Positions 1 through 12,185 of a stretch of 64,000 nucleotides of DNA are shown piece after piece. The stretch's first letter is position 1; each line of letters begins with the position of its first letter. A program made the translations under genes and the position numbers. This DNA comes from Mobula hypostoma (lineage: Eukaryota). The stretch covers positions 29,762,001 through 29,826,000 of the forward strand of contig NC_086109.1 in the NCBI RefSeq assembly GCF_963921235.1. Reading direction: 5' to 3'. The notes beneath the pieces are model-generated. The model ran no database searches. It was not told where the DNA came from and saw nothing but the letters and a program-made list of their open reading frames with translations.

Positions 1-499
1 TTTCCAACTATTTTGGCAAATGTGACACTCCGATTTTTAATTTGAATAAGGCTTTATTTTTACTACATTTCTCAAGACCCTATATGGTTTGTGCTTCTTC
101 AAGGAAAGTGACAAGGAAAATTGAAGCAAATATTTTACCTGTTCTAAATTATGATCACATTGCACTATTCAGGACACATCTGAAGGAGCGACCCGTTTTC
201 ACACTAAGTCTGAATCAGACGTACATGATGTGAAACTTGTTCTGCGGCAATGGTATAGTGCAAAGTCATAAAATTCTTATAAATTACAAAAATAAATATA
301 TTTTTGAAATCCGATATCTGATGGCAGAGGGCTAAGGCTTCCTTGAATAGCATGTTAGTGAACCTTCAAAGGAAAATGCTATCTTAAAGATGGTACTGTG
401 CACTGAGACAGGTAAAATTGGCAATCTGATTGAATTTCTGATACAAATAGAGGGTGTAATTTATTATATATATTTTAATTTATATTATATATTGTTAAA

Positions 500-780
500 T
501 AAGTTGTGCAAAAAAAGTAGTGAGGTAGAGCTCATGGGTTCAATGTCCATTCAGAAATCGAATGGCAGAGGGAAAGAAGTTGTTCCTGAATCGTTGAGTG
601 TATGCACTTGGGCTCCTGTACCTCTTCCCTGATGGTAGCAATGAGAAGTGTGTGTAACCTTGGTGATGGGGGTCCTTAATGATGAATGCTGCCTTCTTGA
701 TGCACCGCTCTCCGGTGATGTCCTGGATGCTGAGTGTTCATTATGGAGTTGACTAAGTTTACAACTTTCTGCAGATAATA
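500..780 (-). mobile_element. Degenerate 3' fragment of a Rex/Babar-type LINE
   Basis: Minus strand around 612-638 reads LPSGKRYRS, a C-terminal motif typical of these elements; frame broken elsewhere. Confidence 0.55.
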
Positions 781-1719
781 TTGACCCTGTGCCCACCTTG
801 GATAACTAAGGAAATAAATGGCATCAGACTAAAAGCTTATGTACACAAAGTGGCCAAGTATAGTAGCCAAAATTTTCCCAATCTTTTTCTAAGATTGGGA
901 AATCTTTAAAAAGTAACAAGAAACGAATATGCAAGCAATAAGGAAAAGGAAGATAAATTAAGAAAGTAAACTAGAATAAAATATAAAAACAGATGGTAAA
1001 AGTTTTTTTAATAATTACATAAAGCAGAAAAATGTGGTGGAAGTCAAAATTGGTCCCTTGGAAAATGAGTAAGGGGAATTAATATTGAATAAAGTGGAAT
1101 GACTATTCTGTTTCATGTTGGAGGACATGACCAAAATGTCAGAGAGATGTTATGGATGCGATTAGGGTGAGGGGGGTTGGTAGGGACCTCCATTTAATTG
1201 CTGTTACTAAAGTGGTTGTGATAAGCAAACTAATAGACCAAAGATAGCCAAGTCCCCTGATCCTGATCGGAGGAATCCCAGGGTACAGAAAGAAATGCCA
1301 GGAATTATAGTAGCTATGTTTGTGATAATTTATCAAAATTCTCTGTGTCCTGAGCAAGTCCTGGCAGACTAGAAGAGAGTGAACATCAGGCCACTATTTA
1401 AAAGAGAATGTTGGCAAAAGGCAGGTAACTATAGACAAGCTGGCTTAACATCTGAAGGTGGGAAATGCTTGAAACCATCATTAAGGAAGAACTTGTGAGA
1501 TACCTGGATAGATGTGGTTCCATCAGGTAGACACAAGATGGATTCAAAAAGGACATGTCCTTCTTGTCAAACTTGCTGCAGTTCTTTGAGGTTATAATTA
1601 GTGCAGTGGGTAGAGAGGAACAGGCGCATGTTGTATGCTTAGATTTCCAGAAGGCATTTGATAAAGTGCCACATAAAAGACTTACCCATAAAATAATTAT
1701 GCATGGAGTTAGAGTAATG

Positions 1720-1800
1720 CAAAGGCTCCCAGCCTGGGATCCATGGACCTCTTACTTAATGGTACTGATCCATGACACAAAAAAAGGTTGGGAACCCTTG
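1720..1800. mobile_element. 81-bp hAT (Buster/Charlie-type) MITE inserted in the CR1
   Basis: Imperfect TIRs caaaggctcccagcct / aggttgggaacccttg; perfect 8-bp TSD gagtaatg (1712-1719, 1801-1808) with central TA. Confidence 0.85.
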
Positions 1801-2242
1801 GAGTAATGCATTAGCATGAATAAAGGATTGATTTACCAATAGAATGCAGAGAGTTGGGATAAGTGGATGTTTCTTGGTTGGCAGTTCAGTGGTAAGTGGA
1901 GTACTGCAGTTGTTTACAATATATGTACATTAATGATGTGGAAGAGAGGCTCAGTGTGACATATTTAAGTTTGCTGATGACACTAAATTGAGTGGAGATG
2001 CAAATTGTGCTGAGGATGTGGAGAGTCTTCAGAGAAACCAAGATAGGTTAAGTGAGTGGGCAAGGATCTGGCAGATGGATACAGTATTAATAAATGCAAG
2101 GTCATACATTCTGGAAGGAAAATAGAATATTAGATTATTATTTAGATGGTGAAATATTGCAGCATGCTTTTGTGCAGAGGGACTTGGGAGTGCTTGCGCA
2201 TGAATTGCAAAAGGTTGGTTTGCAGGTTATCTACAAGGCAAA

Positions 2243-2335
2243 CAGTCCTAAAGAAGGGTCTCTGCCCTGATCTGCTGAGTTCCTCCAGCATTTTGCTTTG
2301 GATTTCCAGTAACTGCAGACTATTGCATGTTTAAA
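2243..2335 (+). mobile_element. Penelope terminal-repeat fragment nested in the CR1
   Basis: cagtcctaaagaagggtctc...ctgctgagttcctccagcattttg matches the Penelope ends elsewhere in the window. Confidence 0.7.
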
Positions 2336-5300
2336 ATAGAATGTTGGCCTTTATTGCTGAAAAGGTTGAATTTAAAATAGGAAGTTATGCTGTAAAGTTA
2401 TAAGGTACCGTTGAGGCCACTTCTGAAGTACTTGGTGCAGTTCTGGTCTGTTTACTTAAGGAAAGGCATTCTGGGTTTGGAGGTGGCGCAGAGGACGTTC
2501 ACCAGGTTTGTTTCCAGAGATCAGGGGGTTGGCCTATGAGGAGAGGTAGAGTCGTCTGGGCCTATACTCATTGAAATTCAAAGGAATGAGACAGGCATTT
2601 TATAGAAACATATAAAATTATGAAAGGGATAATTAGGATAGAGGCAGTGGAGTAGCTTGTGCTGATAAGTGAAACGAAGTCTAGGGGACTTAGCCTCAAA
2701 ATTTAGTGGAATAGGTTTCTGATGGAGATGAGAAGAAAATAACTTTCCCAGAGTACTGAATATGTGGAATTCTCCACCCAAGGAAGTGGTAGAGGATACT
2801 TTATTAAATATATTTAAGACACATTTAGATAGATTTTTACATAGCAATAGAATTAAAGGTTTTGGGGGGAAACAGGTAGGTGGAGCCAAGTCCATGGCCA
2901 AATCAGCCATGATTTTGTAGAATGGCACAGAAACTTGACGGGCCAGATGGCCTACTCCAGATCATTTTTCATATGTCTTTGTTCTTTAAGCAGTTCCTGA
3001 ATCATTGAGTTTGGGCATACCTAAGGCTACCTCTTCCGCGTTGGTCTTAGTGAGAAGAGGACATATCCTGTGTGGTGAGAATCATTAGGGATCGATGCCA
3101 CCTTCCTGAGATATATCCTTGATGGTGGGGAAGGTTATGCCCATGAGTCTATATCCTCTGCAGCTTCTTGTAATCCAGTACACTGAAATTAATTCATCAT
3201 TTAAAGAAAGTCATTAAATTCATTACTTTATTCTTACTGCAAGTCATCCATTTGCACTTGAAAGGACAAAGCTCATAGTTCTCCGGCCTGCAGCTTCCCT
3301 TGGGAATTTACAAAAATGATGAAATTAAAGGTAAATGAGTTCTCGTACTCCTTCCAGACATTATAGAATTCCCAACTGACTAACTGATCATTAAACTACA
3401 CCCTAGTACTGGCCAGCTGCTTGTTAGAACAAGGTGTCCTTTGGTGGTCAGTAGAAGATCATTGCTGAAGCAGAAGTAGGGGGCACAATTAGTTGAGAAT
3501 TCTGATTGGGATGAAATTTCAAACAAGAAAAAAAATGGTCTTATAAGCAAGTATTCCTTTGCCAAGTATTTTCCTACTTTTTAAATGAACTTGTTAGAGA
3601 TTTTTGTTCATACATTTTTAAAAGAAGCTTGCATGAGATTAAAATGACATATCTCATGTTCATTATGGAAGGCAAAATGGAAAATCTGTCCATATAAATT
3701 CTAAACTGAAAATGACTTCTTCATTATTTTCCAGGAAGTTACAAATAGTTGACAGGAATGTGTGGTTATGCTTGTTTAGTTGTTTATCTTGTGTATGTGT
3801 ATAATTTATGTTAATTTATATTTGTCCTCATCTTGTAATGTACCATGCTGCTGCAGTAAAAAGTTCATTTTCACGGTGTTTATGCCTGGTGCATGTCTGC
3901 CTATGGCAACAGTAATTCTGAATTTGATTGTGAACTTGAATTTGGAATTTGACAGAGTTTTTAAGGAAAGAAAATTGGATGCAAGAAGACAGTACAGATA
4001 GTAAATCACATCTGGGTTTACTATCTACTTAGTCCTTTGGAATGTTTTCAAAATTCTTATGTGATGGTGTAATTCCTTAGAAACATTTATTACTTTTTCA
4101 TTTTCTTGTAGGATAATGCCACTTATAATACTTAACTGAAGACTGTCATCTGGACATAAGCGGAAATTAAATTTTGAAATAGCACTCATGCAAATGTCAA
4201 AACTGACATGTTCTGTGCCTTCATAATGGACGTCTGACCATGGGAAAGTAAAATATTATTTCCCCTGAACTTAAAGAAATGAGAATGATGGATGGATAAG
4301 CTACCTTGTGATCTTGGAGCTATCAATAGGTTTTATTGTGCTCTAGCATGCTACTCATGTTATGTTGCTGTATAAAATACTTATGCCATTCATAAAAACT
4401 GGACTACAAAATCTCAGGCACTGGTGGAATCAGTGTTTGCACATTTTGAAAGGAGGGAAAATCATCTGGAATTGAGCAGTAATGTGTTTTCTGCTCTGAT
4501 TTCCCATCGATAGAATTATCCAAATGTGAGGATAACCATACCCAAGGAACAACAAGCTGGAAATATGGGACTAATATTATCTCCAAGCTAATAATTTTAT
4601 TGGCACCAGCAAATTAATAACATATTTAATGAATTCACAGCAGTAAATTATGAAATGTGTATATAAGGCAAGCTTATTCTGTCACAGAAATGAAAAAAAG
4701 CCAAAAGCATCTTACTAAATTCTTAGCCACCTTATGAGTTTCCAATGGAGAAGGTATTTTTGTGTTTATAAACCATAAGCATCAACTTCTGAATTTCACC
4801 ATTGTAATTTTTTTAAAGCTCAGGATGACAGGGTATCAAACAGAAATTCTGCACCCACAGAGAGCTACACTACATGTGAGACCATTTTTCTTGTTAAGTA
4901 TGTTTTGTATTTTGTTTCAGAATATTTACATATAGTTCAGTTAACATCATTTGAAATAAATGGAATATTGTTCGTATTTTGTTATGTGAGCGTCAAATAG
5001 CAGCTTCTTTGGACAACATTTTTTTGTGGAGGTAAATTTTCTGCAGACAAGCTGAAATATCTCTCTGTTTGTAGAATTTTAAGGGCTATAAAAAGGACAA
5101 ACATTATAATTTGCCTGTCAGCTTGCCCACTGCAAAGATTTTTGATCTATCTTTTATCTCTGTTGAGTGAAAGCAGGTTGTGATTATTTTCTATACTAAC
5201 TATGTACACGTTCTCTCTTTTATAATTCCCATTCAGACCTCATGATACTTATGTATCTGCAGAACATGCTGGTATTAGTATGATCTATCATTCTAGCTCA

Positions 5301-5548
5301 TCTAGTGCACATGGTATACATAGCATTGCATAGACTATAAAGTGGCATTTGACCCAAAAATTCAGTAGGTTCCTGTTCTGCTTGAATATCTCCTTGCCTT
5401 TCCTTATCAGAACAACTCCCAATTACTAGCTTTATCATTTCTTAATTATCTCAAGAGATGCTACTGTTGGCAACACTATTGATGGCCTTGAGTTTTGCTC
5501 CCTCTTCCATGTGGAAGTATGTCCTCTGTGGCAAGTGTTCCTAACTTT

Positions 5549-5765
5549 TTTTTTATTTTATTTTTTTTTTAATTTTATTTTTATTTGGATAAGGAGTTCA
5601 CAATTATCATGTACTTTTTTCACACATATAACCTTTTCCATTTTTTTATATGTATAAAACTACAATTATTTATACATTCTTAAGTACACATTGAGATGAT
5701 ATAAAAGCAAAATAAACATTTAAATAGATAATTATGTACTGTGGTAAATCTAACCTATTAGGCCA
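5549..5765 (-). mobile_element. 5'-truncated poly(A)-tailed retro-insertion (L1-type TPRT)
   Basis: Poly(T) tract on + strand, AATAAA on minus strand, 10-bp TSD tcctaacttt (5539-5548, 5766-5775); target reads TT/AAAG on minus strand. Confidence 0.8.
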
Positions 5766-6139
5766 TCCTAACTTTAATGGCCTCTATTATGTCATCCCGT
5801 CACCTTACATTATATCACTATTTGACATCTCTTTTCAAGAGATTCATCCCATCCTGATAGTTATGTTTATCTCTGGTGGAACCTAATTTTCATTAAGTTC
5901 CTAAGGTGTTTACCTAATCCAAAGGATGCAGTTTGTTTCACTCCATGGCATTATTAATTTAAATCCAGGCAAAAAAATAAGAAATTTGTATACCTTGCAC
6001 ACTTATTCCAAAGGATAAGAGAAGCTTCGATTTAATGATTCAACTTTTTAATTTTTCAGATTTCATTGAAAAGGTTTTTGTTTGATCTGCCTGGGAGTCT
6101 TACTGTTTTTTGACTTATTGTCACAATAATTATACTGGC

Positions 6140-6460
6140 ATAATAAGGTAGTAGCAGTTAGTGCAAGGCTGTACAGTGCCAGTGATCACTGATCTGGGTT
6201 CAATTCTGGCTACAGTCTGTAAGGAGTTCATACATTCTCCTATGACCACACCAATTTCCTCCAGGTGCTCCGGCTTCCTCCCATATTCCAAAGGCATATC
6301 GTTAGGGATAAGGTTAGTGGGTTGTGGGTATGCTAGGTTGACACTGGAAGCCTGGCGATAGTTGTAGGCTGCCACATGCAAAATCCTCGAAGTGTGCTGT
6401 TTATTGATGTAAGTGGTGCATCTCACTAAATGTTTTGATATACATGTGACAAATAAATAA
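6140..6460 (+). mobile_element. tRNA-derived SINE (V-domain/HE1-like)
   Basis: B-box-like ggttcaattct, core ggtgctccggcttcctcccatattccaaagg, tail catgtgacaaataaa; related copies at 34350 and 35240. Confidence 0.75.
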
Positions 6461-8094
6461 AAATAAGCTGAATACTAATATCAATATTTGAAAAAGAACA
6501 ATTAGATAAATAAATCAACACCAGCAAACATGTTGCCTTATAAAACCAAATTAGTAATTAAGCTTTGTTACCACCAGGTGAAAGGTCAAAAATTCTTATG
6601 AATGTTAATGGGGTCATCATTGACTATGGTCAACGTGCCATTGAATTGGATTTCACCCATTAATTGTGCATTAGGTAAATGCTACATTTTGACCAGATGT
6701 CCAAAACCAGGAGCCCATTTACAATGAGGAAGTTGATGAAATTTATTTCATAGTAACTATTGTGGTTTTATTTTACCTATTATGGTCTGCTAACACAAAA
6801 CTAATCTGATTCTAAATCACAGTCACAAGTAAAGGGTGTTATAAAGAAAAATGAAAATAAGGGGAGGAGGTGACACATTTTTAAACTATATCTGCCAGCA
6901 GCCACCTTTATGTTCACACATTTTTTTCAGTTACCCAGATAGCCTCAAGTGTGTGAATACAAAACATGCAGGTATCAAAATATTGTGGTTACAACATGCT
7001 GCAGCCATCTGTGGAGAAAGCACACTCATAGCTTGTATTTTTTAAATATCAATGGAAGTCATGAGGTAAAGAGAAAATGTCATCCATTCTAGAACCTACT
7101 CCAACAGACCTGTCCAGTGCAGTTTCCCAGTGGCTGAATCTTCAAAACAAAACTTACTTCAGCCATATGCATCATGAAGTTTTGCATATTTTCAAAGTTA
7201 AAAAGTGAGTAGCAAAGGAATCAAACACTAGGCAGTATTTTGTTTACCTTTTTACTGATTTCAGTAAGACAGTCCAATTACAAGACTGGTTTACTGGCAA
7301 TGCAGATACTTTTGTCTCTGCATCCAAATGTTACAACTTTATGTTGCAGGTCAAATGCTCAGGCATCCAACCCAAGCAACATTTTGTACTGACGTGTTAG
7401 ATTTTAGACATAAGCTGAGATTCTACTTTCAGTCTTGGATGGATCCCGTGCACTTTCTTCTTTTTAAGCCCATCAGTCCAACTGGGATATAGGCCACCAA
7501 CAGCAGCTTGCTAGTCCTCTGTCCCAGGCCAGTTTTCTTTCAAGGTAAAGCCAATTGAAAATCCTTTTTCTCCCAGGGATGAGGACTTTGGAGCTTCTGC
7601 TGGCATTTTTGTACCACAGGGTTTTTATAGGATGGGGTTACTAGTCCTATGCCCAACCCTCCTCTTCTGCAGCCAGACTTGAGGTCATTGATGGCAAAGT
7701 TATCCCATGCATTCAGTTAAAGAATATTTGGTGTTGCTTTGGCCAATATTCATTCCTCAGTCAACAGTATTAGAAAAAGTTGTGATCAGATCCAAGTCAA
7801 AAACAGAGCCAATAACATTGAAGACTAGTGTCAATGGAGAAACATGAGACTGCAAGTCTTGGAATATAGAGCAACAAATACTCTGATGGGTTGAGCAGCA
7901 CTCTGTGGGGGGTGGGGAAGGGAAGGAATTATCGATGTTTTGGGTTGAGATTGCATCAAGACTTGTGTAAAAGCAGGCTGTATCATTGCCCCAAATCTCC
8001 TTCAGTCTTTCGTGTCATAGTGCTTCAATTCACCTCACCTCCAACGATCTTATCGCTTGAGTGAAGCTAATCTTCGACAGGACTAATTTAGATC

Positions 8095-8480
8095 ATTTTC
8101 TTTGGCGTGTCGGAGGCTGAAGGAAGACCTGATTGAAATTTATAAACTTACAAGAAGCATGGACTTGGTAGACAGTCAGATTCTTTTTCCCAGGGTAGAA
8201 ATGTCAAATAATATAGAACATGCATTTAAGGTGAGAGGGGAAAGTTTAAAGGAGATGCGCTAGCCAAGTTTTTGTACACAGAGAGTGGTAGGTGTCTTGA
8301 AAAGAGTGCCGGGGGAGTGATGGAAGCAGAAATGATAGTGGCATATAGGAGGCTATTAGATAAACACACAAATATGCAGGGAGGCAGGGATATGGGTCAG
8401 GTGCAGGGAGATGATTACATTTTGCACCTTGTTTGACACAGGCACTGTAGACCAAAGGGGCTGTTCCTGTGCTACAATGG
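8095..8480 (+). mobile_element. CR1 LINE 3' fragment
   Basis: RRLKEDLIEIYK-like motif and tttaaggtgagaggggaaagtttaaaggagatg, followed by CR1-type 3' UTR. Confidence 0.8.
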
Positions 8481-8694
8481 GTTTTACAGTCGACAGTCGC
8501 AAGGTCCTCTACCACTCTGCCCCATTGTTTAACAGTGCCTCCTGACAACAACGGTTCATAATAAAACCCTGGAAAACATGAACCGCTTCTTATACCTGGG
8601 GAACAACTTCTCAGCAACGATATACATTGACATCCAATGTCACCTTCAATGCTCCAACAAAATAACAACAGTCCCCTCATCTCCAAAACTGAGG

Positions 8695-9150
8695 CCACAG
8701 TTCAACTTCATTACTTACTGGCATTTAGGGCAGCAATGGAAGTCCTCCATCTCTGTTTGTCCAGCACTGTTCCGGGCTTCCTTCATCATGCCAGTAGCAT
8801 CCTCTTGGTTTTCACTACTGTCAGTCTTGTAAGTCCTGGGTAGAAACTCAGGAATATTGTCACACTTGGATGTAGAAGGATTCTTCATTGAAGGTCGAGG
8901 GCTTTCATCTTGTGGGTTTCCATAACAGTTTTGTTTGACCAGTCAGGGTTGTTAGCCCCAAGTTAAACCTCCAAACCTGGAGGGCCAGTGGACCACTCTT
9001 AGTCTGGCTCCACCCTTTGACCTGTTTGGCATGGGTGACCCTATCAAGAGGCAAAGCATAAAACCCTGACTCCAGCCAACATTGTTCTCCAGGTTATTGA
9101 GCCACACAAGCCTCCAAACCCAAAGACAAGGTAGTGGTCCTTTTGGAGGA
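8695..9150 (-). mobile_element. Non-autonomous retroposon, probably RTE-related
   Basis: ggcatttagggcagcaat...cttcatcatg block recurs at about 22135-22205; similar-style fragment at 7465-7700. Confidence 0.45.
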
Positions 9151-9574
9151 CAGTTCAATTTAGTCAGCTCCATTGCCTAGGTCATGTTGTTTGCACGCCA
9201 TTCACAAGACTAAAAAAAACAGTCTGTTGCAAGTTCTGCCATGCAAGGAGGTTGCTAGCCGACAGAGGAAGAGATTAAGGATAAGCTTAAGACCTCCATA
9301 CTTCCTAAATACTGGAAATCTCTGGCCAATGACCAGTCAAAGCAGAGAACAAATATTTGGAATGGTACTGGGAATGTCTATCCGATGCATCAGGAGTACA
9401 AGAAGCCCTTTGCAGTAAGTAGAAGGAGCACACCACCCTCAGACTTTTGGGACAGCTTCTGAAGAGTTTTTTTTCTTTCTGCAAAGTGGAATCTATGATA
9501 GTTGTAATGTAGAATTATATTTTGCAAGCTAATTCTCATTTCCATAATGAATAATCTATATGGCTGTGACTTCT

Positions 9575-10255
9575 TTTTATTTATTCATTTATGGGATGTG
9601 GGCTTTGCCAGCGAAGCCAGCATTTACTGCCCAACCCTAGCTGCCCTTGAGAAGGTGGTGATGAGCTGCCTTCTCGAACCGCTGCAGCCCCTAAAGTGTA
9701 GGTACACCCACAGTACTGTTAGGGAGGGAATTCCATGATTTTGACCCAATGACAAAGAAGGAGTGGCAATATGTTTCCAAGTCAGGATGGAGAGTGACTT
9801 GGAGGGGGATTTCCAAGTGGTGGTGTTCCCAGGTATCTGGTGTTCTCATCCTTCTAGATGGTCATGGGTCTGGAAGGTGCTACCTTAGGAACTTTGGTGT
9901 GTTGTAGTAGCGCATGTTGTAGATAGCACACACTGCTGCAACTGTTCATCGATGGTGGAGGGATTGGATGCTTGTGGAAGGGGTACCAATCAGTGGGCTG
10001 CCTTGTACTGGAAGGTGTCAAGCTTCTTGCGTGTTGATGGAACTGCACTCATCCAGGTGAGTGGCGAATATCCCATTACGCTCCCGACCTGAGCCTCGTG
10101 GATGGTGGACAGGCTTTGTGGAGTCAGGAGGTAAGTTACACACCACAGATTTCCTAGCATTTGACTTGCTCTGGTAGCCGCAGTGTTTATACAGCTAGAC
10201 CAGTTCAGTTTCCTGTCAATGATAACCCCTAGGATGTCGATAGTAGGGGATTCAA
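9575..10255 (-). mobile_element. Degenerate CR1/L2-group LINE 3' fragment
   Basis: Minus strand shows remnants such as STIHEAQVGSVMGYSP and a 3' UTR containing caccaccttctcaagggca. Confidence 0.65.
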
Positions 10256-11675
10256 TAAGGTTGCACTAAAATAAGTTGTTACAGATCGTCATGTGCTTCA
10301 AGGTCTTCTTTCAGATGAATCTGTAAATCATATTAAAGGTAAATATTTAATTTAGCTTATAGTCTTTGTTTTGACAGTTGCTTACAATCCAAATTGGAAT
10401 GGCACCATTAAGTCAAAAACATCCATTATGATTTATCCCTAAAATTAATTTTGCTCTATCTCAGTGGTAACATGAATTTCTGTGACTGAATAAAATATTG
10501 ATCCTATTTTTTTTACCTCTTCTAAATTTGTTTTGTTTCCTGCGTGGTTTGCATTATTTCTTTAATGATATAACAATTATTAATGAAGCCTCTGTGCTGT
10601 GATTTTGAGATTATCCTGATTTAGAAATTTATTAATTTTTTTTTACACACTTACCTTCTGTAGAAATAAAAAATGCACCTTACAATGTCAAATTGTTCTG
10701 GTGTATACATATTCTCCATTTCTCTGGAAAAAGCCAATAGTAAACAATTACGGGTGAATGATTTTGATTCTACCAAGGTGCCACTTTTAATTTTCTGGTA
10801 GCAGAAGCTTTCTATCATCTGATGACTTAAAATCTGTATTAAATATTGTGTCTGGCTCTAGTAAACTGTCATCTCTTTGGTTGTCCTTAATCACCAGACA
10901 TCTGTTTCTCATTTTCTTCTGCGAAGACATTTAATCGTAATTATTTGCCTGCAGCAAACTGCATTTTTATATTCCTTTCTAATTGCCTGACAAGAAAAGC
11001 TCTTAACTACAGATTTTGTTATTTTACTGTCAGAATTCACTAGAGATTCTGGATTTGAATGCTGGCCAACGGTCTTTGTAAATCTTCCATCATTATAATG
11101 TAGTATCAATTCAGTACCCTATCAATTTTAATCACATCATTTTGTTTTTCTCATTCATGTGCAGTCATTTTTATATGTTTCAGTTTACTTAGCATAGATA
11201 TTGGATACTAGATATAACACAGTAACATAACTCCAAAAGGAATGTCGTTGGCTATGAACAGGGATTTCCTAACCAGGGACATTCTGAATGCTGCAGATTT
11301 AGGACATTGTGTAGTGTTTTCGAAAAGAGATTGCACTAAGGTGTGTTGCCTGAAGGCTAGTGTCAGTGAGTCAGACTCTCCAGCCTTGGCTAGAAGCCAC
11401 GGTTCAGATTTTCTGTGGGTGTGAGACCCATTATGTGGCTTCAACGAAATTCTGACAAAGCCCATTACACATCTGGCAAACAGATTGGACTTTTGGTGTG
11501 CGCCAAGAATTAAACCTTTGGTCACAAATGGATGAGGTGTTCCTTCTGTATCGCCCATGGGTTGCTTCAAAAGTTCAGCCTCAATATAGTTTCTTGTTAA
11601 AGATTTCATTTTTGCCTATGGATGATAACTCATTGTATGTACAGGAGAAAATAATATTCATTATCCTTTAACCAA

Positions 11676-12185
11676 GAACATAGAACATAGAATAGTACAG
11701 CACAGTACAGGCCCTTCGGCCCATAATGTTGTGCTGACCCTCAAACCCCCCCCCCCACCTTAAATTCCTCCATATATCTGTCTAGTAGTCTCTTAAACTT
11801 CACGAGTGTATCTGCCTCCACCACTGACTCAGGCAGTGCATTCCACGCACCAACCACTCTCTGAGTAAAAAACCTTCCTCTAATATCCCCCTTGAATTTC
11901 CCACCCATCACCTTAAAGCCATGTCCCCTTGTATTGAGCTGTGGTGCCCTGGGGAAGAGGCGCTGGCTATCCACTTTATCTATTCCTCTTATTATCTTGT
12001 ACATCTCTATCATGTCTCCTCTCATCCTCCTTCTCTCCAAAGAGTAAAGCCCTAGCTCCCTTAATCTCTGATCATAATCCATACTCTCTAAACCAGGCAG
12101 CATCCTGGTAAATCTCCTCTGTACCCTTTCCAATACTTCCACATCCTTCCTATAGTGAGGCGACCAGAACTGGACACAGTACTCG
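11676..12185 (-). mobile_element. Young 5'-truncated CR1 LINE
   Basis: Open frame EYCVQFWSPHYRKDVEVLERVQRRFTRMLPGL...FFTQRVVGAWNALP; short tandem tail (atagaac/atagaat on + strand). Confidence 0.95.

Larger units (their letters stand above)
900..2975 (+). mobile_element. Degenerate CR1 LINE (RT domain to 3' UTR)
   Basis: ORF 1555-1806 contains CLDFQKAFDKVPHKRL; KFADDTKL near 1968; VQFWS-like motif near 2435; many stops and frameshifts; two nested insertions. Confidence 0.9.
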
